Assembly (NCBI GenBank): GCA_965140585.1
Contig: OZ223264.1
Coordinates: forward strand, 736,001 to 800,000
DNA length: 64,000 nt
Source: Spirochaetia bacterium
GTDB lineage: Bacteria; Spirochaetota; Spirochaetia; UBA9216
Direction: 5' to 3'
Position numbers and translations under genes: made by a program. Of this stretch, positions 38,721 to 47,341 are shown piece after piece. Each line of letters starts with the position of its first letter. Position 1 is the stretch's first letter. The notes below the pieces were generated by a model that had not been told where the DNA came from, searched no databases, and saw only the letters and a list, made by a program, of their open reading frames with translations.

Positions 38721-39899
38721 TTATTTGTCAGTTGGTGTTTTGAATCTGTAGAATATCGTTATTATCAGGCCAATCAGCGGAAATACGGCAAAGAAGGCAA
38801 ACATAAATCTGAATCCGGACATCGCCACTATGTAGCCGGCAATTGCCGACCCCAGGCCAATCCCGGTATCAGCTCCAAGCATTATTGTACTGCCGGCCGC
38901 ACCCCGTTTCGCAGCAGGTGTGTTTTTCATACCAAGGCCCTGGGCCAGCGGCTGAATGATACCTATTCCAAATCCGAACCCGGCAGCGGCCACAATAAAC
39001 AGTCCTATAGTTGAAATTCTGCTTATAAAAACACAGGCAAGTATCAGAATTGTGAATCCTGATATGATTACCCGCTTTTCGCTAATCAGCCCGGCTAACT
39101 TTCCGGCCAGCAGCCTTACCGCAAAAAGGGCGCAGGCATATATGCTGAAGAATATCCCTATATTTGCTATTTCAAGCTCTCTGGCAAAGAGGGGCAGAAA
39201 TCCCACAAGTGAACTATAGACCAGAGCCGTGAAGAAGTAGAAAAGGGCCGGTATGAATGCTTCCTTAGCTGCCAGTGAGCTTAAAAACTTTTTTACCGAT
39301 GTGAACTTCTCCCTGTTATCAGCCGGTTTATGCATAAGACTTTCATCGATAAATTGTGAAACCATGATAGCGGCAGCAGAAAGAACTACGGCTAAATAAA
39401 ATACCGGTTTGAACCCTGCAAGTCCAAGCAGCCATAAAGCAACAGCCGGACCTATAGCCATCGAAAGTATCTGCCCCAGCCCGAATACTCCTATTCCGCC
39501 TGCCATCTTTTCTTCCGGAATAATTTTACCGGCCATCGCTATGGTTGCGGTTGAAGCAAGGCCCCATCCTATACCATTGATGATCCTGACTGTCATCATA
39601 AAAGCGTAGGTCTCAGCATGAAGGTGGAGCAGTACCATGGTACCAAAGATTACCAGCCCGAGTGCCAGAGTAAGCTTATTGCTTACTGAATCAATCGCCA
39701 ATCCGGAAAAAGGCCGCATAATCATTGCGCTTATTGCCAGTATTCCGGCAAGGGTTCCGATTACTGAGACTTCAAAGCCTATATGGCTGAAATACAGCGT
39801 TACAATAGTATTTATCAGGGTAAAAGCAGCGGCCAGCAGAGTATTTGTAATGAATATAAGAATAAAATTTTTAGACCACAAACGATTCATAGAATACAT
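38721..39899 (-). CDS. MFS transporter
   Basis: About 12 hydrophobic segments; 'RPFSG..ID', 'RIINGIGWG'. Confidence 0.88.
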   Translation of the reverse strand: MYSMNRLWSKNFILIFITNTLLAAAFTLINTIVTLYFSHIGFEVSVIGTLAGILAISAMIMRPFSGLAIDSVSNKLTLALGLVIFGTMVLLHLHAETYAFMMTVRIINGIGWGLASTATIAMAGKIIPEEKMAGGIGVFGLGQILSMAIGPAVALWLLGLAGFKPVFYLAVVLSAAAIMVSQFIDESLMHKPADNREKFTSVKKFLSSLAAKEAFIPALFYFFTALVYSSLVGFLPLFARELEIANIGIFFSIYACALFAVRLLAGKLAGLISEKRVIISGFTILILACVFISRISTIGLFIVAAAGFGFGIGIIQPLAQGLGMKNTPAAKRGAAGSTIMLGADTGIGLGSAIAGYIVAMSGFRFMFAFFAVFPLIGLIITIFYRFKTPTDK

Positions 39900-39920
39900 T
39901 CAGTCTATCTTAATCGGAAA

Positions 39921-40256
39921 TTACTGTCCATCGGGAAAAAGAAACCCATAGGGTCTGGCTATCTTTTCTTCAAGTTCATCCATGCTTATATATCTGGCTT
40001 CTCTTACAACCTCTTTACCATCAGTATGGACTATCACTGCTGGAATTGTGAACACCATAAACCTTCCGGCTGCTTCCGGTAGTTGATCGAGGTTAATATA
40101 GCCGGATTTTATCCCAGGATATCTACTTAGCATTTCCTCAACCTTCGGCCTTATCGCCGTACATACACCGCAGTCCGGCCTGCTTAGATAGAGCAGAGTC
40201 ATTGTTTCATTTTTTATCAGGCCTTCTGCCGATTCAAGATTACTGATTGTTTCCAT
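39921..40256 (-). CDS. Thioredoxin-family protein
   Basis: CGVC motif, 'FTIP', 'GKEV.R'. Confidence 0.85.
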   Translation of the reverse strand: METISNLESAEGLIKNETMTLLYLSRPDCGVCTAIRPKVEEMLSRYPGIKSGYINLDQLPEAAGRFMVFTIPAVIVHTDGKEVVREARYISMDELEEKIARPYGFLFPDGQ

Positions 40257-40268
40257 TTTTTGAATATA

Positions 40269-40712
40269 CTAATCAGAGTAGCCGTTTGCAAACTCATATT
40301 TCATTATAAAGTGACCGGCATCGAATTCCAGCTTAGTCCATCTGGATATTCTGTATAACTCTGGCTTGTCAGTGTATACGTAAACTGACTCAAAACCTGA
40401 TTCCTGACATATCTGGAGCGCAGTCTGGATGAGTGTCTGAGCTATCTTTCTGCCCCTGTATTTCTCTTTCACGTACACAGTGTTAATCCAGAGGGTATCC
40501 CCCTTCTGCTCCGGATTTTTATAGTTAATAAATGATAAGCCGCCGGCGAGCAGATTGTTTTCATATGCCAGCAGAGGAGATGGAACCTTGCCAGAATGTT
40601 CTTCTGTCTGAACAGGTTGAGGGTTTTCGGATTCTCCCCACTCTTCTAAAGTCCACGTTTGAAATGCCTGGTAGTCTGAAGAATCTGTGTCTGCGGTTTT
40701 TATTTCAATCAT
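40269..40712 (-). CDS. GNAT-family acetyltransferase
   Basis: 'WINTVYVKEKYRGRKIAQTL'. Confidence 0.82.
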   Translation of the reverse strand: MIEIKTADTDSSDYQAFQTWTLEEWGESENPQPVQTEEHSGKVPSPLLAYENNLLAGGLSFINYKNPEQKGDTLWINTVYVKEKYRGRKIAQTLIQTALQICQESGFESVYVYTDKPELYRISRWTKLEFDAGHFIMKYEFANGYSD

Positions 40713-41256
40713 CGAACTGTCTGCTTTCGTTTTCGGCCAGCTTTTTGAAGAAGTCCAGAGCCGCTCTGTGAGATATTATTCCGTATTCAAGAGTGTTAAC
40801 CTGATAGGCCGCAATGGTTTTTGACTCCTCATCAATACTCTCAATCATTCCTGAAACCCTGTCATGGTATTGCCCGAGTTCCTCATATGCGTTATTTATT
40901 GCTGTTATTATTGTATCAAGGATGGTTTTTCTTTTTGTTGGGGTTTCAATCAGACCGAGAAAGAAAAGTCTGGAAAGCACGGATACCTCCAGTTTTTTCA
41001 TTTCCGGGGCGCTTTCCATCCACTCAAAAAATGCGCTTCTTCCGGCTGCAGATACAGAATAGAACTTCTTCTTCCTGCCATTCTCGATTGTATCCGAGAC
41101 TTCAGCCCATAGATTCCGGGTTATCTTTTTAAGGGCTGACTGAATGCTACCATAGCTGGCGCTGTAGAAAAGAGAAATTCCCTGTTTGAATGAACTGTTA
41201 ATTTCATAGATGGTCATCGGTTTTAAGGATAAAAGCCCGAGAATTACGTACTCCAT
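40705..41256 (-). CDS. PadR-family regulator
   Basis: 'ILGLL...PMTIYEI...SASYGSIQ..L...GRKKKFYSVS..GR..F..W'. Confidence 0.88.
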   Translation of the reverse strand: MEYVILGLLSLKPMTIYEINSSFKQGISLFYSASYGSIQSALKKITRNLWAEVSDTIENGRKKKFYSVSAAGRSAFFEWMESAPEMKKLEVSVLSRLFFLGLIETPTKRKTILDTIITAINNAYEELGQYHDRVSGMIESIDEESKTIAAYQVNTLEYGIISHRAALDFFKKLAENESRQFDD

Positions 41257-41347
41257 ATTACGAATAGTAATATAATTGCTGTTTTTAGTACAGTAAGGGC
41301 AGTAGTTCCTTGACTTTAGATTTATTAGATATTACTAATAGTAATAT
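41255..41347. promoter_or_regulatory. Two PadR-type operator palindromes ATATTAC-N5-GTAATAT
   Basis: 41255-41273 and 41329-41347, differing at one base. Confidence 0.72.
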
Positions 41348-41357
41348 AGGAGCTTTT

Positions 41358-42533
41358 ATGAAGATTTTTCTGATTATCATTGCAATTCTGATTTTTATAG
41401 CTGCAGTTTTATTTATCATAATGATTATTAATAGCAGACCGATCAGCAGCACAGAAGCACGGCAGATGATAGACGCATATCTGCAGAAGATGCTTACCGG
41501 AAAAAGGAAAGTGAATAATATTTTACTGCTTGTAGATTCTCCGGAGCAGCATCTGCATTTTGAATTTGCCGGGGGGCAGGTTTTCGGCGAACCTGCGGTT
41601 GTTTCACAGCGCTTTCATGTTGCCAGCGTAGGAAAGCTTTTTACATCAGTAACTGTGATGCTTCTTCAGGAGCAGGGAAGGCTGAGTATTGACGACAAAG
41701 CAGCGGATATTCTGGGAAGTGATATGCTCAAAGGTCTGTTTATGTATAAGGATAAAGATTATTCAGCAGATGTAACTGTACGGCAGCTGCTCAATCATAC
41801 AAGCGGTATTGCGGATTACTTTGAAGATCCGGTTGAAAGCGGAGTTTCCATGAAGGACCTTATTGTAAATGAGCCGGATCGTTTCTATACCCCCAATGAT
41901 CTTCTTGATTTTACCAGATACCACCAGAAAGCGGTCGGATTTCCTGGTAGGAAAATGCATTATTCAGACAGCGGTTATATTCTGCTTGGGCTGATAATTG
42001 AAAAGGTCAGCGGCAGGCCTTTTCATGAAAATCTGCATGGGCTGATATTTGATCCGCTTAATATGAATGACAGCTATCTTATGTTCTACTCTGAAGCTGC
42101 AAACGGTCCTGCTCCAATTAATGAAATATGGCTGGAAGGCAGCGAAATACATGACGATAAAAGCCTTTCCATCGACTGGAGCGGCGGGGGGATAATATCA
42201 ACCCTTTCCGATCTATCCATTTTTATTAAAGCCCTGAACAGCGGAAATTTAATCAATAAAGAATCACTTTCGCTGATGAAAAACTTTGATAACAGATGGA
42301 TTCAAGGCATCCATTACGGACTTGGCATAATGGAATATCATTTTACAGAATATATGCCGACACTCAGAGGTTTTCCCAAGATGGTCGGTCATATGGGAGT
42401 TCTCGGCACTCAGATGTTTATTGATCCTGATACCGGGCTGACGATCATCTGCAGCTTCGGTTCTACCGATGCTCCGGGCATGAGTGTACGTGCACTGATT
42501 CAGGTTCTTTCCATTATAAGACGAATATCGTGA
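41358..42533 (+). CDS. Serine hydrolase, beta-lactamase/PBP-like family, with N-terminal membrane anchor
   Basis: SxxK 'SVGK', 'LLNHTSG', 'YSDSGY', 'GHMG'. Confidence 0.87.
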   Translation: MKIFLIIIAILIFIAAVLFIIMIINSRPISSTEARQMIDAYLQKMLTGKRKVNNILLLVDSPEQHLHFEFAGGQVFGEPAVVSQRFHVASVGKLFTSVTVMLLQEQGRLSIDDKAADILGSDMLKGLFMYKDKDYSADVTVRQLLNHTSGIADYFEDPVESGVSMKDLIVNEPDRFYTPNDLLDFTRYHQKAVGFPGRKMHYSDSGYILLGLIIEKVSGRPFHENLHGLIFDPLNMNDSYLMFYSEAANGPAPINEIWLEGSEIHDDKSLSIDWSGGGIISTLSDLSIFIKALNSGNLINKESLSLMKNFDNRWIQGIHYGLGIMEYHFTEYMPTLRGFPKMVGHMGVLGTQMFIDPDTGLTIICSFGSTDAPGMSVRALIQVLSIIRRIS

Positions 42534-42584
42534 ATGAAATGTGCTTGACTATACTCCTCATTCACATGAAAATGGCTTATGGAC

Positions 42585-42737
42585 ATGAAACTTGCTTTTA
42601 ATATTTTCCTTGGCGTCGGAGCTGTTATCGTTGCAGCAGCAGCTGTTATGCTGGTTGTTCTTGTTTACCGCTATATAAAAGGAATGAGAAAGCAGGGATT
42701 TTTCGGCGGAAAGCGGAACAGTGAAAACCAGGGATAA
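42585..42737 (+). CDS. Small single-pass membrane protein (50 aa; not in the ORF track)
   Basis: MKLAFNIFLGVGAVIVAAAAVMLVVLVYRYIKGMRKQGFFGGKRNSENQG*; hydrophobic helix then basic tail; fills the gap between co-oriented genes. Confidence 0.5.
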   Translation: MKLAFNIFLGVGAVIVAAAAVMLVVLVYRYIKGMRKQGFFGGKRNSENQG

Positions 42738-42808
42738 GATCTGGTGGATTGGACTGGGGCTGTATCTGGTAATTTACCTGATTCTCCGTTTCTGCTATCA
42801 GTGAGGAA

Positions 42809-43363
42809 ATGATGAAAAGGTTATTACTTGTCTCTATCATATTGTTGTCTGTGCTTCCGTTATTTGCAGAAGTTGCGATGAAAGATGAGCTTACCGGAAA
42901 ATGGACTCTTAATTTTTATATATGTGAGCAGCCTGACGGACTTCTTACTGCGCCCGAAGCATACTACTCATTTCCGTACAGCGGAATAACCTCGATAGAA
43001 ATTCTTGACGGCAGTTTTATTACAATCCTCTATGGAGAGCTGGAGTACAGGGCTCTTTATTCTGTTGAAGAGCTGGACTTTGATAACCTGAAACTGACCT
43101 GTGTATTTCTTGACGGCAGGGAGTTCACAATTAACCTTGTCAAAGCAGGTGAAAATGCCTGGAAGTTTCTATATTATGTAAGCAACGAAACCTTTCCTGT
43201 AGAGAACGAGAAGATTGAAGAGACCGAAGATATGGAAAGTGTGATGACCGCTCAAACAGATTCATTGAATACAGACTATGCTTTCGGCGAAGAGATCCCT
43301 GTTGAAGCAGAATTACCACTCACAATGTACGCCGGTATAATGGAGAAAGATGAAATACACTAA
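42809..43363 (+). CDS. Hypothetical secreted protein
   Basis: Signal peptide 'MKRLLLVSIILLSVLPLFA'; acidic; RBS GAGG. Confidence 0.7.
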   Translation: MMKRLLLVSIILLSVLPLFAEVAMKDELTGKWTLNFYICEQPDGLLTAPEAYYSFPYSGITSIEILDGSFITILYGELEYRALYSVEELDFDNLKLTCVFLDGREFTINLVKAGENAWKFLYYVSNETFPVENEKIEETEDMESVMTAQTDSLNTDYAFGEEIPVEAELPLTMYAGIMEKDEIH

Positions 43364-44960
43364 ACTTGTACTTTCCGGACAGTATCATGAAACCGGAAAC
43401 CAGGGAAATGACCTGTTATCTATAGGTACTGATGAAGGTTTTAGGTTTGACCGCTTTTACATACGGACCGCCAATATTCTTAGAAAGAAATCTGTTACGA
43501 AGGTTCTTGTAGACTGCCGAACAGATTTCAGGACCGGACTCTTCGCAGGTCTGGAGGAAATACGAGAATGTCTGAAAAAGCTGGCTGATGCCGGTAAGGA
43601 TGTCATCTTTTATTCACCGGTCTACGGGCCGGTTCAGCTTTATCTTGCATCGGCCTGCACCACCAGGATTATCCACCCCGTCGGAACAGTAAAATTTCAG
43701 GGGCTTGCCTGGTCTTTTACCTTTCTGAAAAAACTTTTTGAAAAGGCTGGGATTGAAGCACTGGTTATCCGGCGAGGAAAATACAAGAGTGCCGGAGATC
43801 AGTTTTCTAAGGAATCGCTGGACGAACATAACCGGGAACAGTATGAACTTTACTTTAAAACTGTTCTTGATGAGCTGAAATCCGGAATTATCTCAGGCTA
43901 TGGAATGAAAGAAGACGCTCTTGACTCCATGCTTGACGGTGAAACTTTTCAGGCTGAAGACGCCCTGGGGGCGGGCTGGGTCAGTTCGGTATCCACCCTG
44001 ATCGATATAGAGTCGGGCTTTAAAAAAGATAAAATCAAAAAGACTTCAGTAACAGATACCGCGATGAAATCCGCACTATTTGCCGCCAAAAAAGGCAGGG
44101 TAGCTGTTCTTGTATTCGAGGGTGCAATAGTCGATGGAAAATCCAGGCGTGAGCTGCTTATAGGCAATGCCGTCGGTTCAAACTCCTTTATTCCGCATAT
44201 CCATAAACTTAAAGATGATTCCTCGGTGAAGGCTGTAGTTCTCAGGATTAACTCCGGCGGAGGTTCTCCCTATGCTTCAGAGGATATCCGCAGTGCGCTT
44301 AAGCTGCTTGCAGAGAAAAAACCTCTTTATATTTCTATGGGCGAGGTCGCCGGTTCAGGCGGATACTGGATATCCTGCTGCGGAGAACAGACTCTGGCCT
44401 GCAATACCAGTCTTACAGGTTCGATAGGTGTTATCAGCATCTATATGGCCTGGTATCGCCTGCTGGAAAAGCTTGGAGTCTCAGGAGATCTGATTAAATT
44501 CGGGAAGTATTCCGATACCGGTTCTCCGATGAGAAGCCTGACTGATGATGAAATTAAAATGCTTGATTCTGAAATTGAATCAATGTACAGCCAGTTTACG
44601 TCGATGGTTGCAAAGGCCCGTAATAAAACTGTGGATGAAATTGATTTGCTGGGTATGGGCCGAATCTGGTCAGGCTGCGATGCACGGAAAAACGGTCTTG
44701 TCGACAGCTGCGGATTTCTCACGGATGCCGTAAAGGCTGCTGCAGAAAAAGCCGGTATCAAGGTGCCGATTGTAAAATTTTATCCTGAAATAAAAAATAA
44801 TCTGCTTAAAAAACTGATTATGAAGCGTCCTAAGGATGATGACGCGGCAGATTCCGGGTCAATTGTAAAAATCCCGCCTTTTCTTCTCAGCGGATCAGTT
44901 ATAGAAAAAAGCAGAGGATACAGTATAATGGCTGTAATGGAAGAGGTTCTGCACTTGTGA
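43350..44960 (+). CDS. sppA: Signal peptide peptidase SppA (protease IV, two-domain S49)
   Basis: 'GKYKSAG', 'VLRINSGGG', 'AGSGGYW', 'TGSIGV', 'GRIWSG'. Confidence 0.87.
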   Translation: MKYTKLVLSGQYHETGNQGNDLLSIGTDEGFRFDRFYIRTANILRKKSVTKVLVDCRTDFRTGLFAGLEEIRECLKKLADAGKDVIFYSPVYGPVQLYLASACTTRIIHPVGTVKFQGLAWSFTFLKKLFEKAGIEALVIRRGKYKSAGDQFSKESLDEHNREQYELYFKTVLDELKSGIISGYGMKEDALDSMLDGETFQAEDALGAGWVSSVSTLIDIESGFKKDKIKKTSVTDTAMKSALFAAKKGRVAVLVFEGAIVDGKSRRELLIGNAVGSNSFIPHIHKLKDDSSVKAVVLRINSGGGSPYASEDIRSALKLLAEKKPLYISMGEVAGSGGYWISCCGEQTLACNTSLTGSIGVISIYMAWYRLLEKLGVSGDLIKFGKYSDTGSPMRSLTDDEIKMLDSEIESMYSQFTSMVAKARNKTVDEIDLLGMGRIWSGCDARKNGLVDSCGFLTDAVKAAAEKAGIKVPIVKFYPEIKNNLLKKLIMKRPKDDDAADSGSIVKIPPFLLSGSVIEKSRGYSIMAVMEEVLHL

Positions 44961-46261
44961 TAATGGAAGACCTGTTTCTGGAAAAAGCTGTTACAGCCGC
45001 TGTTCATTATACTGAATCTACCGGTATTAGTTGTTTTGTCATAGACAATGAAGGCAGGCGGATAGGTCCCGAACCTGATGAAAACTCTCCGGGCTTCAGT
45101 TTCTGCAACCGTATTGAGCATGTTTTTCCGCAGGACAGGCTGGACTGCAGTCAGGTTCATCGATACGGAAGCTATCAGGCAGAGCGTTTCGGCGGTAAAT
45201 ATATGTTTTTCTGTCCTATGTCGCTTCTTCACTGGACCTCTCCGCTTTTCAAGGGAGGAATTCAGGTCGGCTCAATGGTTTGCGGGCCTGCTCTCATCAT
45301 AGATTCTGATGATTTTATTAGAAACGACCTGATATCCGGCAAGAATCTTCCGGCAACGGAAATCTTCAGTCTGATGAAGCTTGCATCCGATATTCCCTCA
45401 ATTACAACAGAACGCTCCCGCAGTCTTTCTGAGCTGCTTTTTTATGTTACTGAGAGTCTTTCCGAGATGGATTCTCTTACTCTGGAGATGAAGCAGGAAA
45501 ACTCTGACCAGCAGAAGGAAATCTCTGAATATATTCAGTATATCAAGACCATGGAACATTCCAGTGCGGAGATTTCCCAGTATCCCTTCGCGAAGGAATC
45601 GGAGCTTATCGACTGCATCGAAAACGGAGAGGCCTCAAATGCGAAGGCTATCCTGAATGAAATACTTGGAAACGTGTTCTTTACTGCAGGAGGTGACATT
45701 AAGGTCATCAGAGCCAGAGTTCTTGAGCTTATAGTTCTGCTTTCGAGAGCTGCCGTTCGGGGCGGTGCCGATGCCGAGCAGATTTTCGGTATGAATTATC
45801 AGTATCTCAATCGGATCAACTCCTTCACCAGTGTAGAGGGAATAGCCGGCTGGCTATCGAGGGTGATTCACAGGTTTTCGGAACTGGTTTTTGATATGCG
45901 TGAAATAAAACATGCCGACGCAATTCACGGGGCAATGCAGTATATACGGGAACACTACCGCGACAAGATTTCGCTCGAGGAAACTGCAGCACATGTAAAT
46001 CTTTCCCCATCCTATCTCAGTAAGGTCTTCAAGAAGGAGCTTGATCTCAATTTCAATACCTATCTTAATCAGGTCCGGGTTGAAAAGAGCAAGAACTATC
46101 TGCTTAATTCCGATGTTCCGCTGATTGATATAGCCGGTATGTGCGGATTTGAAGATCAGAGTTACTTTTCAAAGGTTTTTAAAAAATTTACCGGTACTTC
46201 GCCGGGAAAATTCCGGGAAAACCGCGGAAAGATAAAGCTTAATAATCACGAACTACATTAA
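44957..46261 (+). CDS. PocR-ligand-binding-domain AraC-family activator
   Basis: N-terminal Cys-bearing PocR motif 'FC...C...H...A.RFGGKYMFFCP'; C-terminal 'SPSYLSKVFKKE...GFEDQSYFSKVFKK..G.SP'. Confidence 0.87.
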   Translation: MIMEDLFLEKAVTAAVHYTESTGISCFVIDNEGRRIGPEPDENSPGFSFCNRIEHVFPQDRLDCSQVHRYGSYQAERFGGKYMFFCPMSLLHWTSPLFKGGIQVGSMVCGPALIIDSDDFIRNDLISGKNLPATEIFSLMKLASDIPSITTERSRSLSELLFYVTESLSEMDSLTLEMKQENSDQQKEISEYIQYIKTMEHSSAEISQYPFAKESELIDCIENGEASNAKAILNEILGNVFFTAGGDIKVIRARVLELIVLLSRAAVRGGADAEQIFGMNYQYLNRINSFTSVEGIAGWLSRVIHRFSELVFDMREIKHADAIHGAMQYIREHYRDKISLEETAAHVNLSPSYLSKVFKKELDLNFNTYLNQVRVEKSKNYLLNSDVPLIDIAGMCGFEDQSYFSKVFKKFTGTSPGKFRENRGKIKLNNHELH

Positions 46262-46278
46262 GAAATCTGCATACATAA

Positions 46279-46336
46279 AAAAATGCAAAAGTTAACAAAA
46301 TAATTCAATACGGTATTAAGCCTCAGAGAGGATAAT
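46279..46336 (+). promoter_or_regulatory. Putative activator site and -10 of the corrinoid-protein transcript
   Basis: AAAAATGCAAAA-N15-CAAT then GATAAT; same motif at 47244. Confidence 0.5.
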
Positions 46337-46344
46337 ATTATCAG

Positions 46345-46495
46345 AAAAATCTAAAATGACCGAACTGAAGGAAGCGAAGTGAAAATCTTCCGCGAGCGCG
46401 TCACTGTGAAGGTCCGGAAACAGACCAAGCCAGAATACTTCATCTCGGCATTATGTCATACTCAGACCTCGCGTACAGGGATGGAGATGAGAGAA
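46345..46495 (+). ncRNA. Cobalamin riboswitch, compact variant
   Basis: AAGGAAG..GTGAAAATC...GTCACTGT...AAGCCAGAATAC core; CGCGAG (46391) complementary to CTCGCG (46468), as expected for the kissing loop; lies upstream of a B12-binding protein. Confidence 0.75.
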
Positions 46496-46508
46496 AGAGA
46501 GGAACAGG

Positions 46509-47144
46509 ATGGCAGATTTTGAGAAAATTTCAGAATTGATGCAGAAAGGCAAGGCTGATGAGGTTAAGCAGCTTTGTGCAGACGCTCTTGCAGAGGGCAT
46601 TGCACCCAAGGAAATCCTTGAAAAGGGACTTCTTTCCGCGATGAATATTGTAGGAGTAAAATTCAAGAACAATGAAGTTTTTGTACCTGAAGTACTTATT
46701 GCAGCAAGGGCAATGAATTTCGGACTCGAAGTTCTTAAGCCTGCAATGGTCGGAGATGATGTTGAAGAAATCGGAAAGGTAGTTATTGGAACAGTTAAGG
46801 GTGACCTTCATGACATCGGTAAAAACCTTGTAAAGATTATGTTTGAAGGCAAGGGCCTCACAGTCGTGGATCTCGGAGCTGATGTTTCGGCTGAAAAGTT
46901 CATCGAAGCAGCCCAGAATGAAAATGCGAAAATTATTGCATGCTCAGCTCTTCTTACTACAACTATGACCCAGATGGAAAACGTAGTTAAGGCTGCAGTA
47001 GACGCAGGTATCAGAGACAAGGTAACCATCATGGTCGGCGGTGCTCCGGTAACAGAGAAATTCTGTGAAAGCATCGGTGCTGATATCTATACAGCAGATG
47101 CAGCTACAGCTTCAGAAAAAGCTCTTGAGGTTTGTACAAAATAA
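46509..47144 (+). CDS. Corrinoid (B12-binding) methyl-carrier protein, MtaC/MttC-like
   Basis: Cap 'FVPEVL.AARAM'; DxHxxG 'GDLHDIGKN'; 'SALLTTT'; 'VGGAP'. Confidence 0.93.
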   Translation: MADFEKISELMQKGKADEVKQLCADALAEGIAPKEILEKGLLSAMNIVGVKFKNNEVFVPEVLIAARAMNFGLEVLKPAMVGDDVEEIGKVVIGTVKGDLHDIGKNLVKIMFEGKGLTVVDLGADVSAEKFIEAAQNENAKIIACSALLTTTMTQMENVVKAAVDAGIRDKVTIMVGGAPVTEKFCESIGADIYTADAATASEKALEVCTK

Positions 47145-47188
47145 TCCAAAAACCGCCTGCATTGGCAAATTTCTTTTATAAAAATACG

Positions 47189-47225
47189 GAGGATATCCAA
47201 TAAGCTTTGGATATCCTCTTTTTTT
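47189..47225 (+). terminator. Rho-independent terminator
   Basis: GAGGATATCCAA-taagct-TTGGATATCCTC followed by a T run. Confidence 0.85.
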
Positions 47226-47243
47226 ATATATTTGGGCGGGTGT

Positions 47244-47300
47244 AAAAATGCAAAAATTTGTTAATTACTACAATCCTTCAGACTTAAAGGGTCTTAGAAT
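47244..47300 (+). promoter_or_regulatory. Second copy of the putative activator site and -10
   Basis: AAAAATGCAAAA-N15-CAAT then TAGAAT. Confidence 0.5.
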
Positions 47301-47341
47301 TATATCAAGCTATTAAAATGCAATTATCACCCGGAGGATAT

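Noticed and set aside
41358-42533. Beta-lactam resistance gene
   Set aside because: Motifs (SVGK, YSD, GHMG) fit the broad esterase/peptidase family; nothing specifically indicates a class A or C beta-lactamase
44957-46261. Direct link between PocR (1,2-propanediol sensing) and a propanediol product of the GRE pathway
   Set aside because: The loci are about 28 kb apart, no pdu genes are present and nothing in the sequence connects them; speculation only
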